Of a DNA stretch of 33,282 nt, positions 26,242 through 33,282 are shown piece after piece. The stretch lies in IMG/VR virus record IMGVR_UViG_3300045988_114316, positions 1-33,282 of that record; one strand, given 5' to 3'. The position numbers and the translations under genes are program-made. The notes beneath the pieces are model-generated. The model worked only from the letters and a program-made list of their open reading frames with translations, was not told the DNA's origin and did no database searches. Position 1 is the first letter of the stretch, and each line of letters begins with the position of its first letter. The DNA comes from a virus.

Positions 26242-26382
26242 GTAATAATGAAACAAGAAAGCGTATATAAACACATTCCATAAATAAATGATGATCAGAA
26301 AAAGTGGCACGTTTTTGGCACGGTATGACACGATTTTAGGCTAATATTTGGAAATAAATGTAATAAAAATAGACATTCACAG

Positions 26383-26438
26383 AATCACTGCACGCATTGA
26401 AATTTGAACGTTTTTCAATGCGTGCAGTGATTTTTTAA
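26383..26438 (+). terminator. Perfect 20-bp-stem hairpin (AATCACTGCACGCATTGAAA / TTTCAATGCGTGCAGTGATT) + T6, just beyond the integrase 3' end
   Basis: Read directly. Confidence 0.6.
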
Positions 26439-26491
26439 AAGATATGTATGAGAAGGTGCAGGTGGCGATATAATGTTGAAATTTCAGTGAT

Positions 26492-27547
26492 TTAAACAAT
26501 GTTGACACGCGTATGGCACGGATCAGAAACATATTCATTCATTTTTTCTCTGGCAGATTCCATAGATTTTTCCGTGTGGTGCGTATAAATTTGCGCGGTA
26601 ACTTTTATGGACGAGTGACCCATCAAAACCTTAGCCACATTGATCGGGACACCGGCGTCCTGGAGATCCGTGCAAAACGTATGCCTTAAACAATATGGAA
26701 CCAGATCTGGAGATACTGAGAAAGGGTGCTCTTCCTCCATGCTTTTTTTGAATGACTTCCAGCTTTTTTGAAATGTACTATTCGTGAATCTTTTACCTCT
26801 GGGTGTCGTAAAAACCGGCTCAAATGGTTTCAGATCGAGTTTTCTCAATTCCTTTGCGTAAACATCTACTATAGGTACTTTCCTGACACCTGCAGAGGTT
26901 TTTGGAGCCTTTTTATTTCCGTTGTAATCGATGTTAGAGCGTACATAGACCAGATTATTCTTTAAATCTATGTCACGGCCTTCGAGGGCGGCGACCTCCA
27001 TAGTTCTCAAACCACAAAAAAGCATCATTTTGAGGTACATTCCCAACGGGTGGTGATCTGATACCTCTAATATGATTCTTCGCTCAGAATCGCTTATAGA
27101 GCGCCTTGAAATGTGCTCACTGACCATTGGGCGTTTAATGTTTTTTACAGGATTGGCACGAATAAGATCGTTGTCTGCAGCGGTTTCAAAAAAGGATTTA
27201 ACCACTGCCAAATATTTGCTATATGTGATCTGAGACAACCCGCTCAACGAGTTTGCCCAGATCTGCACGTTTTTCTGCGCGATCTTGTTGAGGGGGAAAT
27301 TTCCATACATACTGCAAAATGAATTTAAGATGCAGTGAATATTTTTGTTCCATTTTCCGTTTATAGCGGGCCTGAATGTTTCAGGCCATTCTTTTGCCCA
27401 TTGCGAACAGGTTATATTTTTTCGGATAATAAGAACATTTTCGTCAATATCGCGGATTTTCAAAGCCTTTTTTACTTCAAAGTCCTTTTCGTCTTTTGCC
27501 CTAATGAAATACCGCTGTCTCTCATACGTAAAAGATTTCCTTATCAT
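26492..27547 (-). CDS. int: Tyrosine-type integrase (site-specific recombinase)
   Basis: C-terminal LRHTFCTDL...LMGHSSIKVTAQIYTH (R, HxxR and Y catalytic motifs). The start is set at the second ATG (MIRKSF), which is preceded by AAGGAGGA; the first ATG at 27571 has no RBS. Confidence 0.9.
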   Translation of the reverse strand: MIRKSFTYERQRYFIRAKDEKDFEVKKALKIRDIDENVLIIRKNITCSQWAKEWPETFRPAINGKWNKNIHCILNSFCSMYGNFPLNKIAQKNVQIWANSLSGLSQITYSKYLAVVKSFFETAADNDLIRANPVKNIKRPMVSEHISRRSISDSERRIILEVSDHHPLGMYLKMMLFCGLRTMEVAALEGRDIDLKNNLVYVRSNIDYNGNKKAPKTSAGVRKVPIVDVYAKELRKLDLKPFEPVFTTPRGKRFTNSTFQKSWKSFKKSMEEEHPFSVSPDLVPYCLRHTFCTDLQDAGVPINVAKVLMGHSSIKVTAQIYTHHTEKSMESAREKMNEYVSDPCHTRVNIV

Positions 27548-27582
27548 GATATCCTCCTTTCTGTCTCTCATTTTGTAAAATT

Positions 27583-27604
27583 ATGCCTCCTGAATTACCA
27601 GGAG
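27583..27604 (-). terminator. Hairpin GCCTCCTG-aattac-CAGGAGGC between the Ltp-like gene and int
   Basis: Read directly; weak U tail on the minus strand. Confidence 0.3.
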
Positions 27605-27734
27605 GCGGATAAATGAATTACGTCATTGATGGTAGCTGTGCTTTTGTTAACATTTCCACAAACTGTAAAACATAAAATCAAAGCAGCAATCTTTGTAAAA
27701 ACTTAATATGTTTTTTTATCTATTTCCTCCTTCA

Positions 27735-28253
27735 TTAATAACCTACTTGAGATACTCCATATTCAGCTTGATCTTGTGTGAATCCCTCGTATAATAGTTG
27801 TTCGATCAATCCTTCACGGGAAAATGAAGAGGTATCAAGGTATTCTTGTGCTTTTTTAGCCGCTTGTTCTTTCCAGTTAGCCCCGCAGTTGTCAACTGCG
27901 TAAGTCGCTTCTTCTGTTGTATAGCCTTCATATTCTAACTGATCGATTAAACCGGTTCTCGAAAATGACATTAAACTCAAATAACTTTGCGCTTGATCTA
28001 ATGCGTTCTGTTCTCCTATGGTAGCATCATTTTCATTATCAGAAGCTTTCGTGTTGTTTTGAGTCTCAGTGTTTTCCTCAGTAACTATTTGATCATTATC
28101 TTTTGGTGCAGTTGTTGTTTCGTCATCGCCTCCAGACATTGCACCAATTATTCCGATAACGAGAATAACGACAATGACAATAAACCACCATTTCTTATAA
28201 AACGGTTTTTTCACTGGGGGGGTAACGTTACTTGAGTTCATTTCTTTCTTCAT
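27735..28253 (-). CDS. Ltp-family superinfection-exclusion protein (two Ltp repeats, N-terminal membrane anchor)
   Basis: Two copies of the A...A..YL....FSR.GLI.QL.YEGFT..EA.YAVD motif. The start is set at the second ATG (MKKEMNSS), which is preceded by AAAGGAG. Confidence 0.8.
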   Translation of the reverse strand: MKKEMNSSNVTPPVKKPFYKKWWFIVIVVILVIGIIGAMSGGDDETTTAPKDNDQIVTEENTETQNNTKASDNENDATIGEQNALDQAQSYLSLMSFSRTGLIDQLEYEGYTTEEATYAVDNCGANWKEQAAKKAQEYLDTSSFSREGLIEQLLYEGFTQDQAEYGVSQVGY

Positions 28254-28428
28254 TTTTCTTTCTCCTTTTTTTCTTTTTATTAAAACGGTCAAGCCGAATT
28301 AATCTATATAAATATTGTTTTTGATAGAAAGATTTATTCGCAATAGCTTAAAAACACAAATGTTCGATAATGGTTATATTTTTAGCACCCCTCTCGAACG
28401 GACTCTCGAAGTATACAAAGAATTGCTA

Positions 28429-28457
28429 TTGACGAAAAAGAACATATGTTCTATACT
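28429..28457 (+). promoter_or_regulatory. Promoter TTGACG-17-TATACT with the 12-bp palindrome GAACATATGTTC in its spacer
   Basis: Read directly. Confidence 0.5.
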
Positions 28458-28503
28458 GACAATATATCTTCGGTGTGAGTCCTTTCCAGGAACGAGGTGC
28501 GCT

Positions 28504-28605
28504 ATGGAACAATTAGACTCTATTTACAAACTGCTTCAGCATGCGTCAGAAAAACAATTAAAAATCATTTATGCGTTTATCCGGCAGCTGGTAGAGGGGT
28601 ATTAA
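28504..28605 (+). CDS. Small ORF (33 aa, MEQLDSIYKLLQHASEKQLKIIYAFIRQLVEGY), convergent with the repressor gene and overlapping its 3' end
   Basis: RBS GAGGTG 6 nt upstream; it is the last 33 codons of track ORF 28315-28605. Confidence 0.35.
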   Translation: MEQLDSIYKLLQHASEKQLKIIYAFIRQLVEGY

Positions 28606-28982
28606 CCCCTCTTTTTTATGATCTCAATCGCCTGCTCTAAAATCTCCCATTCGTCGGAAGAAAGCGCGACAAGCATTTCGATGAACCTTCTTTTGAACGA
28701 CTCTTCTTCTTCGTTCAAAATCTTGGCAACGAATTTTGCAATCTCTTCCTCTTTGGATAACTGTTCAAACATTTCGCCCTGGCCATATTTTAGCCAATCC
28801 ATACTGACGTTATATTTGCTGCAGATATTGATAAAAATAGGCTCTTTTAGCTCCATTCGTTTCAATCTATCCAATTCAATGTTATTTATCTCGTCCGGAG
28901 TCGCACCAACTTCTTGCGCAAACTCCCGCCTTGATTTTTTAAAATGATCTCTGATTTGCCTGACTCTTGTTCCGATAGTCAA
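28602..28982 (-). CDS. CI-like XRE-family repressor
   Basis: TTG start with RBS AGGAG; N-terminal HTH IGTRVRQIRDHFKKSRREFAQEVGATPDEINNIE; divergent from the early operon. Confidence 0.8.
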   Translation of the reverse strand: MTIGTRVRQIRDHFKKSRREFAQEVGATPDEINNIELDRLKRMELKEPIFINICSKYNVSMDWLKYGQGEMFEQLSKEEEIAKFVAKILNEEEESFKRRFIEMLVALSSDEWEILEQAIEIIKKRG

Positions 28983-29010
28983 TTTAGTACCTCCTGTTCA
29001 TTATAGATGT

Positions 29011-29101
29011 ATTATAACATTCAAAAATTGGTTAGTCAACTAAAAACAGAAAATGAAATTAGCGTTTAGTGGTTGACTAACCATAAAAAAGGTTGTATAA
29101 T
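29011..29101. promoter_or_regulatory. Genetic-switch region: back-to-back divergent promoters (minus TTGACT-17-TATAAT at 29011-29039; plus TTGACT-17-TATAAT at 29073-29101). Each -35 box lies inside one arm of an 11-bp inverted repeat GGTTAGTCAAC/GTTGACTAACC.
   Basis: Read directly. Confidence 0.65.
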
Positions 29102-29130
29102 TTGTTCAACAACTAAACGGAGGTGAAAAA

Positions 29131-29298
29131 ATGCAAGACAAAGACAAAGAACTGCTAAAGTCTATCGCTGAAGGCATAAAAGACATGGAAGAGAAGAACA
29201 AAGAGTATCTTCTCGGGATCGGCGAAGGGCTGAGACTGGCCAGAAAGAGAGAACAGGAGAAAGAAAAAAATAGAGATGGACAAAGAATGGATAGCTGA
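29131..29298 (+). CDS. First early-operon gene, 55-aa helical protein
   Basis: RBS GGAGGTG; sits directly downstream of the plus-strand switch promoter. Confidence 0.4.
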   Translation: MQDKDKELLKSIAEGIKDMEEKNKEYLLGIGEGLRLARKREQEKEKNRDGQRMDS

Positions 29299-29458
29299 TG
29301 TAAGACGTGAGCTTTATCTACGCGGCGAAAGTTTAAAGGATTTAGCCGAGAACATCGGCATGAGTTACTCGTATATTCGTCAGATAATGACAGGAAAAGT
29401 GGAGAGCCTTAACGCAGAAGAAAAAATTTCGGAGCATTTAAAAACGAAGATTACATAA
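29276..29458 (+). CDS. Cro-like small HTH protein
   Basis: 60 aa; LAENIGMSYSYIRQIMTGK HTH. Confidence 0.5.
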   Translation: MDKEWIADVRRELYLRGESLKDLAENIGMSYSYIRQIMTGKVESLNAEEKISEHLKTKIT

Positions 29459-29484
29459 ATGCGAGAAGGAAGGAGGAAGGGGAA

Positions 29485-29664
29485 ATGAAAGACAAAATAA
29501 AACGCATTGGAGCTGGCATATCAGACATCCTTTTCATTCCATTGGGGTTACTGGAGGAGTTTATCAATTATATAGAAGACACAGAGCGCCCACATAGGGA
29601 GTGGATATTTCAAATAATAATCATGCTTGCAGCATTGAGCTGTTTTCTGAAATTGCTTTTATGA
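29485..29664 (+). CDS. Small membrane protein (59 aa)
   Basis: Strong RBS GGAAGGAGGAAGGGG; hydrophobic C-terminus IFQIIIMLAALSCFLKLLL. Confidence 0.45.
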   Translation: MKDKIKRIGAGISDILFIPLGLLEEFINYIEDTERPHREWIFQIIIMLAALSCFLKLLL

Positions 29665-29712
29665 TAAGCGAAAATAAGAAACCAATGAAAGCATGTGAGG
29701 AGGTGATTATAT

Positions 29713-29928
29713 ATGAAGGATCAGGCATATGAAGCCTTTAAAGAGTCATTCATACGCGCAGCCGGAAAACCATTCTTAAACATCTCGGAGATCTGCAAGA
29801 TAACAGGTCACTCTTACGACTACATAAAACCACTTATGCAGTATCGAAGAGGAAAAAAGATAGGACGGCAATACTGCTATCCAATTGGGGAAGTAATACA
29901 AGCGACGTATGAAGATGTTACCCAATAA
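29713..29928 (+). CDS. Small putative DNA-binding protein (71 aa)
   Basis: RBS GAGGAGGTG; HTH-like ISEICKITGHSYDYIK. Confidence 0.5.
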   Translation: MKDQAYEAFKESFIRAAGKPFLNISEICKITGHSYDYIKPLMQYRRGKKIGRQYCYPIGEVIQATYEDVTQ

Positions 29929-29960
29929 GTTAAGAAAGTATATTCAAGTAGGTACAACAG

Positions 29961-30128
29961 ATGAAAAAAGTAAAACGATTTTTAAAACGGAACTGCATCA
30001 AGATCCCGTTCTGGATCGCAATTATAGCGGTATTCGGATTTGCCAGTCATCTGGATAGACCGATACCGGATCCGGCGGAAAAAGTGCCGGCAGAAACTGC
30101 AGGCTATGTAGAACAGGAGAATGTTTAG
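29961..30128 (+). CDS. Small membrane protein (55 aa)
   Basis: TM segment IPFWIAIIAVFGFASHL; ORF not in the track because it is shorter than 60 aa. Confidence 0.35.
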   Translation: MKKVKRFLKRNCIKIPFWIAIIAVFGFASHLDRPIPDPAEKVPAETAGYVEQENV

Positions 30129-30131
30129 AAA

Positions 30132-30497
30132 ATGGACATTAAAACGGAAGACGAAAGGATCGAAGAGGTAAATCGATATCGAATTGAGGAGCTGTTAAAA
30201 GGAGAAAAAACACCAGAGTTAGAACAGGTGTTAAAAAAGTGGCAGGAAACAAAAGCAGAGTTTGCCAGAAAAGAGATGATCAGACGCAAAAAAACATTTG
30301 CAAAAGACATAGAGATCATGCTGCGTAACGACATTGAAAATAACTACGTGGTTTCCGTGCTATATACCTATGACAAAAAGATGGACGATGAATATATTCA
30401 TTTGCTATGGACGGACGACAGAACAGAGACGCTGCTGATTACGGGAATGTCGTTTGAAAAAATTCTAAAAAACATCATCGCAGCAGTATATGAATAG
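30132..30497 (+). CDS. hypothetical early protein
   Basis: 121-aa ORF. Confidence 0.5.
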   Translation: MDIKTEDERIEEVNRYRIEELLKGEKTPELEQVLKKWQETKAEFARKEMIRRKKTFAKDIEIMLRNDIENNYVVSVLYTYDKKMDDEYIHLLWTDDRTETLLITGMSFEKILKNIIAAVYE

Positions 30498-30505
30498 GAG
30501 AGAGT

Positions 30506-30904
30506 ATGGAGATTGATGAAAGATACTATGACTACGCTATGGCGCAGATGGATCGCGCCGAGCGGGAGAAAAGAAAATATAACGGTTACAAAGATAAAAT
30601 GGATAGAATGTGTTTTTATACCGGAACGCCGTATGCCGAAAGGCATGAAGTATTCGGCGGGACAGCAAACCGAAAGATCAGCCTGAGTTTAGGATTCCAG
30701 GTAGATCTTTGCCCGGAAAAACATCTGGAAATCCAGATGTGTACGACGCCGTGGGGGAAATCAGAGAACGACAAGTGGAGGACGCATTTTCAGAGAGCAT
30801 ATATGGACCGGATCAAGGAAGAAGGAATAACCGAGGAGGAAGCGTTGCGTGCCTGGGTGATACTGATCGGGAGAAATTACATTATGGATCTGATGCCGCA
30901 ATGA
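30506..30904 (+). CDS. Hypothetical protein with a degenerate HNH/His-Me-finger-like core (CFYTG...ERHEVFGG...NRKISLSLGFQVDLCPEKH)
   Basis: RBS GGAGAGAG; the pattern resembles CxYCG...DHI..GG...N...LC..CH. Confidence 0.45.
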   Translation: MEIDERYYDYAMAQMDRAEREKRKYNGYKDKMDRMCFYTGTPYAERHEVFGGTANRKISLSLGFQVDLCPEKHLEIQMCTTPWGKSENDKWRTHFQRAYMDRIKEEGITEEEALRAWVILIGRNYIMDLMPQ

Positions 30905-31308
30905 CACCCTGTCCAAAATGCGGGAATCAGCATTACAAAGAGTCACGGCAGTGCCCGGAGCACAGCGGACTTCCGGTATGTATAAGGTGCTGCAGAGAAT
31001 GCGCCTACTACGATCCGGATCCGTGCGGACTAACATGCAGATGGTACATTAACCATCAGGAAACAGACTATCAATCGGAAATAGAAAAAATTAATCAAAA
31101 GATCAACCATATGGAAGGTAAAGTCAGAAGACTATACGAGTTGAACTGGCCCAAAAAGGCGGAGGTTCTGGAACTGGAAGTTCGCCGTTTGATGGCAGAA
31201 AAAAAGAAGATAGAGGAAAAATATGATAAAGCAGCAGAAGATAAATCTAAAAGATTTGAAGGAAGAGGCAGAGAAAAACGACTGCATGGTCAGAAATGCG
31301 ATATATGA
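30901..31308 (+). CDS. Cys-rich zinc-ribbon protein with a C-terminal coiled coil
   Basis: Internal ATG of track ORF 30709-31308, coupled by ATGA to the upstream stop; CPKC...CPEH...CIRCCREC...C. Confidence 0.5.
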   Translation: MTPCPKCGNQHYKESRQCPEHSGLPVCIRCCRECAYYDPDPCGLTCRWYINHQETDYQSEIEKINQKINHMEGKVRRLYELNWPKKAEVLELEVRRLMAEKKKIEEKYDKAAEDKSKRFEGRGREKRLHGQKCDI

Positions 31309-31552
31309 TAGACGCTGTTACATCACTGACGGCAGAGGAATCATGATCGCAACGGAAAAAGGTGAGGTAATTATACCGATAGAAGAAGCCACACGATTTG
31401 TAAAGGAATTCGCGGAGATGATCCATAAAGCAGCGAAAATATTAAACGAACTGCCACTGGAACAAAAAAATGAAGTTGCAAGAGTAAAAAAGATGTCCTA
31501 TGGAACGTTACAGAAAATCATATATGACGCGATGGACATTACGGTGGGATAA
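31223..31552 (+). CDS. hypothetical protein (start uncertain; alternative ATG at 31286)
   Basis: 109-aa ORF that overlaps the upstream gene by up to 86 nt. Confidence 0.4.
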   Translation: MIKQQKINLKDLKEEAEKNDCMVRNAIYDRRCYITDGRGIMIATEKGEVIIPIEEATRFVKEFAEMIHKAAKILNELPLEQKNEVARVKKMSYGTLQKIIYDAMDITVG

Positions 31553-31553
31553 T

Positions 31554-32333
31554 ATGGAATTCACGCATCTAAGTCTATTTAGTGGGATTGGCGGATTGGA
31601 TTTAGCGGCTGAATGGGCAGGTTTTAAAACAGTTGGGCAATGTGAATCCGCAGATTATCCGGCAAGAGTATTGACTAAAAATTGGCCGAATGTGCCAAAG
31701 TGGGGAGATATAAGAACGCTGACAAAGGAGACATTTCATGAACGAACAGGAAGAAAAACAGTTAACGTTATTTCCGGAGGTTTTCCATGCCAACCGTTTA
31801 GCATCGCCGGGAAGCGAGGCGGCCAGACAGATGACCGTTATCTCTGGCCAGAAATGCTTAGAGTTATCAAAGAACTGCAACCAGATTGGGTTGTTGGAGA
31901 AAATGTTGCTGGGTTCATCTCGATGGGTCTCGACACAGCGTTATCTGATCTGGAAAGCGCAGGTTACGCCGCAAGGGCGTTTGTACTTCCGGCTTGTGCC
32001 GTTGGTGCCTGCCATCGAAGGGACAGAGTGGCCATTGTGGCCAACGCCAACAGCCAGAGACACACGGGGATTGAACGACTATGCGAAAACAATGAAAAAA
32101 ATACAGAAAGGGGAACGGGGGCATTTAGGACAGTTACCGAATTATTTGATGGTACTGACGGGAAAACGTGGGCGACTAAATCCGCGTTTTTACGAAAAAC
32201 TGATGGGATTCCCCACCGGTTGGACAGAATTAGATGTTTAGGTAATGCCGTTGTACCACAGCAATTTTATCCGATTTTCGAATCAATAATGGAGATAGAG
32301 CGAAGGACGAATTTCAGTAAATACAAGGGATAA
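31554..32333 (+). CDS. DNA (cytosine-5)-methyltransferase. The full motif set is distributed over two reading frames.
   Basis: Frame 0 carries motif I FSGIGG, IV GGFPCQPFS, VI VVGENV, VIII GACHRRDRVAIVA and X LGNAVVPQQFYPI. A pre-X motif GRLNPRFYEKLMGFPTGWT lies in the +1 frame (ORF 31738-32241). Confidence 0.75.
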   Translation: MEFTHLSLFSGIGGLDLAAEWAGFKTVGQCESADYPARVLTKNWPNVPKWGDIRTLTKETFHERTGRKTVNVISGGFPCQPFSIAGKRGGQTDDRYLWPEMLRVIKELQPDWVVGENVAGFISMGLDTALSDLESAGYAARAFVLPACAVGACHRRDRVAIVANANSQRHTGIERLCENNEKNTERGTGAFRTVTELFDGTDGKTWATKSAFLRKTDGIPHRLDRIRCLGNAVVPQQFYPIFESIMEIERRTNFSKYKG

Positions 32334-32407
32334 AGACTATGTTAAATCGACATGGAAGACCCCAGAAGACGTAATGAAATGGTGGATAGGCGAAACAGGA
32401 GGGAAAA

Positions 32408-32809
32408 ATGATTGATGAAAAGAAGCTGATCGAAAAAATAAAGTACCTGTTATTCAACTCGGAAATATTAAGCCCGCGATGGTTTGCGATAAATGAAGTG
32501 TTTGAAAAAATAAAACGTCAGCCCAAAACCGGCGAGTGGACACCATGCAGTGAGAGAATGCCGGAAGACCTTACACCTGTTAACATCACATGGACGAATC
32601 ACTTTCCGCCGGACTACTATGCACACATAAAAGACGTGCATTTTACAAATACTGGCGTTTTATGCAAAGGTAAATGGTTTTGGTGGTCGGCCTATGCAAA
32701 GGATACGCTCGCAGAATATGGTAACGATGAGGTAGACGAAATGGCCGATGAGATAGAAGTTCTTGCGTGGCAGCCGTTACCTGAGCCGTGGAAAGGAGAA
32801 GAAAAATGA
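32408..32809 (+). CDS. DUF551-like phage protein
   Basis: ...GEWTPCSERMPEDLTPV...WQPLPEPWKGE pattern typical of DUF551. Confidence 0.65.
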   Translation: MIDEKKLIEKIKYLLFNSEILSPRWFAINEVFEKIKRQPKTGEWTPCSERMPEDLTPVNITWTNHFPPDYYAHIKDVHFTNTGVLCKGKWFWWSAYAKDTLAEYGNDEVDEMADEIEVLAWQPLPEPWKGEEK

Positions 32810-33282
32810 AAGCATATAAAGGCTTTGATGAAAATTTAAAATGCAGAGATTTCCAGTACGAGATTGGAAAAGAATACGAAGAGACAAATGCAAAACTGTG
32901 TGAAACAGGTTTTCACGCATGCGAAAATCCTATAGACGTTTTTGGATACTATACACCAGCAAACAGCCGTTATTGTGAAGTAGAGCTGGAAGATGTAACT
33001 GATGAATCATCTGATGATAGCAAAAAATGCGGGAAAAGAATTCACATAAATGCAGAGATTGGAATAAAAGGGATTGTTGATGCGTTTATAAAATTCACAT
33101 TAGATCATATTCCGTCAGGAAATCATACGGCAACCAATACCGGAGACCGGTCAGCGGCAACCAACACCGGAGACCGGTCAGCGGCAACCAACACCGGATA
33201 CCGGTCAGCGGCAACCAATACCGGAGACCGGTCAGCGGCAACCAACACCGGATACTGGTCAGCGGCAACCAACACCGGAGAC
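32806..33282 (+). CDS. Repeat-containing protein, 5' part: conserved N-terminal domain (KGFDENLKCRDFQYEIGKEYEE...CETGFHACENPIDVFGYY) followed by 9-aa tandem repeats SAATNTGDR. It runs off the window end.
   Basis: ATG 32806 overlaps the upstream stop (ATGA). The open frame continues to the window edge and is in phase with the fragment at 1-350 if the termini are joined. Confidence 0.7.
   Translation, partial: MKAYKGFDENLKCRDFQYEIGKEYEETNAKLCETGFHACENPIDVFGYYTPANSRYCEVELEDVTDESSDDSKKCGKRIHINAEIGIKGIVDAFIKFTLDHIPSGNHTATNTGDRSAATNTGDRSAATNTGYRSAATNTGDRSAATNTGYWSAATNTGD
33127..33282. repeat. Tandem 27-bp coding repeats (about 5.8 units)
   Basis: Read directly. Confidence 0.9.

Noticed and set aside
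27548-27571. Upstream ATG for the integrase (MRDRKEDI...)
   Set aside because: No SD precedes it. The AAGGAGGA sequence sits 6 nt before the second ATG, at 27547.
26100-27734. Search for a tRNA gene or tRNA 3' fragment as the integration target near int
   Set aside because: No T-arm (GGTTCGAAT/CC-like) or CCA-ended acceptor-like segment was found by eye, so it cannot be supported without the host sequence.
30709-31308. Long 199-aa ORF
   Set aside because: Its first 64 codons overlap the 3' end of gene 30506-30904 in another frame. The internal ATG at 30901, coupled by ATGA, is the more plausible start.

Overview
The window reads as a complete, circularly permuted temperate tailed-phage genome of about 33.25 kb. 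Bases 1-32 are identical to bases 33251-33282 and fall in the same reading frame of a repeat-containing gene, so the window appears to wrap around. Almost all genes are on the + strand. Reading order: a repeat-protein gene spanning the window ends; accessory and early genes (a DUF6273-like protein on a GC-rich patch, a Dam methylase remnant, a PC4/YdbC-like ssDNA-binding protein, an HUH rolling-circle Rep); a sigma-like late activator; HNH endonuclease; a P27-family small terminase and Terminase_1 large terminase; an HK97-type head module (portal, protease, major capsid); gp6-like, head-closure and gp10-like adaptors; and a PBSX/Xkd-like contractile tail module. The tail module includes sheath, tube, a chaperone with an A_AAA_AAC -1 frameshift, tape measure, baseplate genes including baseplate J, and a mosaic duplicated tail-fibre cassette. 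A lysis module follows (Hol-Tox-like peptide, phiLC3-type holin, GH25 endolysin with two SH3b repeats). Then comes a moron region (a Panacea-domain protein plus a 3-TM protein, and a micro-ORF plus an XRE regulator), a putative attP region, a tyrosine integrase (- strand), an Ltp-like superinfection-exclusion gene (- strand), a CI-like repressor (- strand) with divergent promoters and operators, Cro-like and small early genes, a C5-cytosine methyltransferase whose motifs are split across two frames, and a DUF551 protein. The items most worth a second look are a G11 homopolymer inside one tail-fibre paralogue, the Panacea-domain/membrane-protein pair bracketed by near-identical terminators, the Hol-Tox-like peptide whose RBS sits in a hairpin, the frame-split methyltransferase, and the wrap-around repeat gene. 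Coordinates of small features that I indexed by hand may be off by 1-2 nt.
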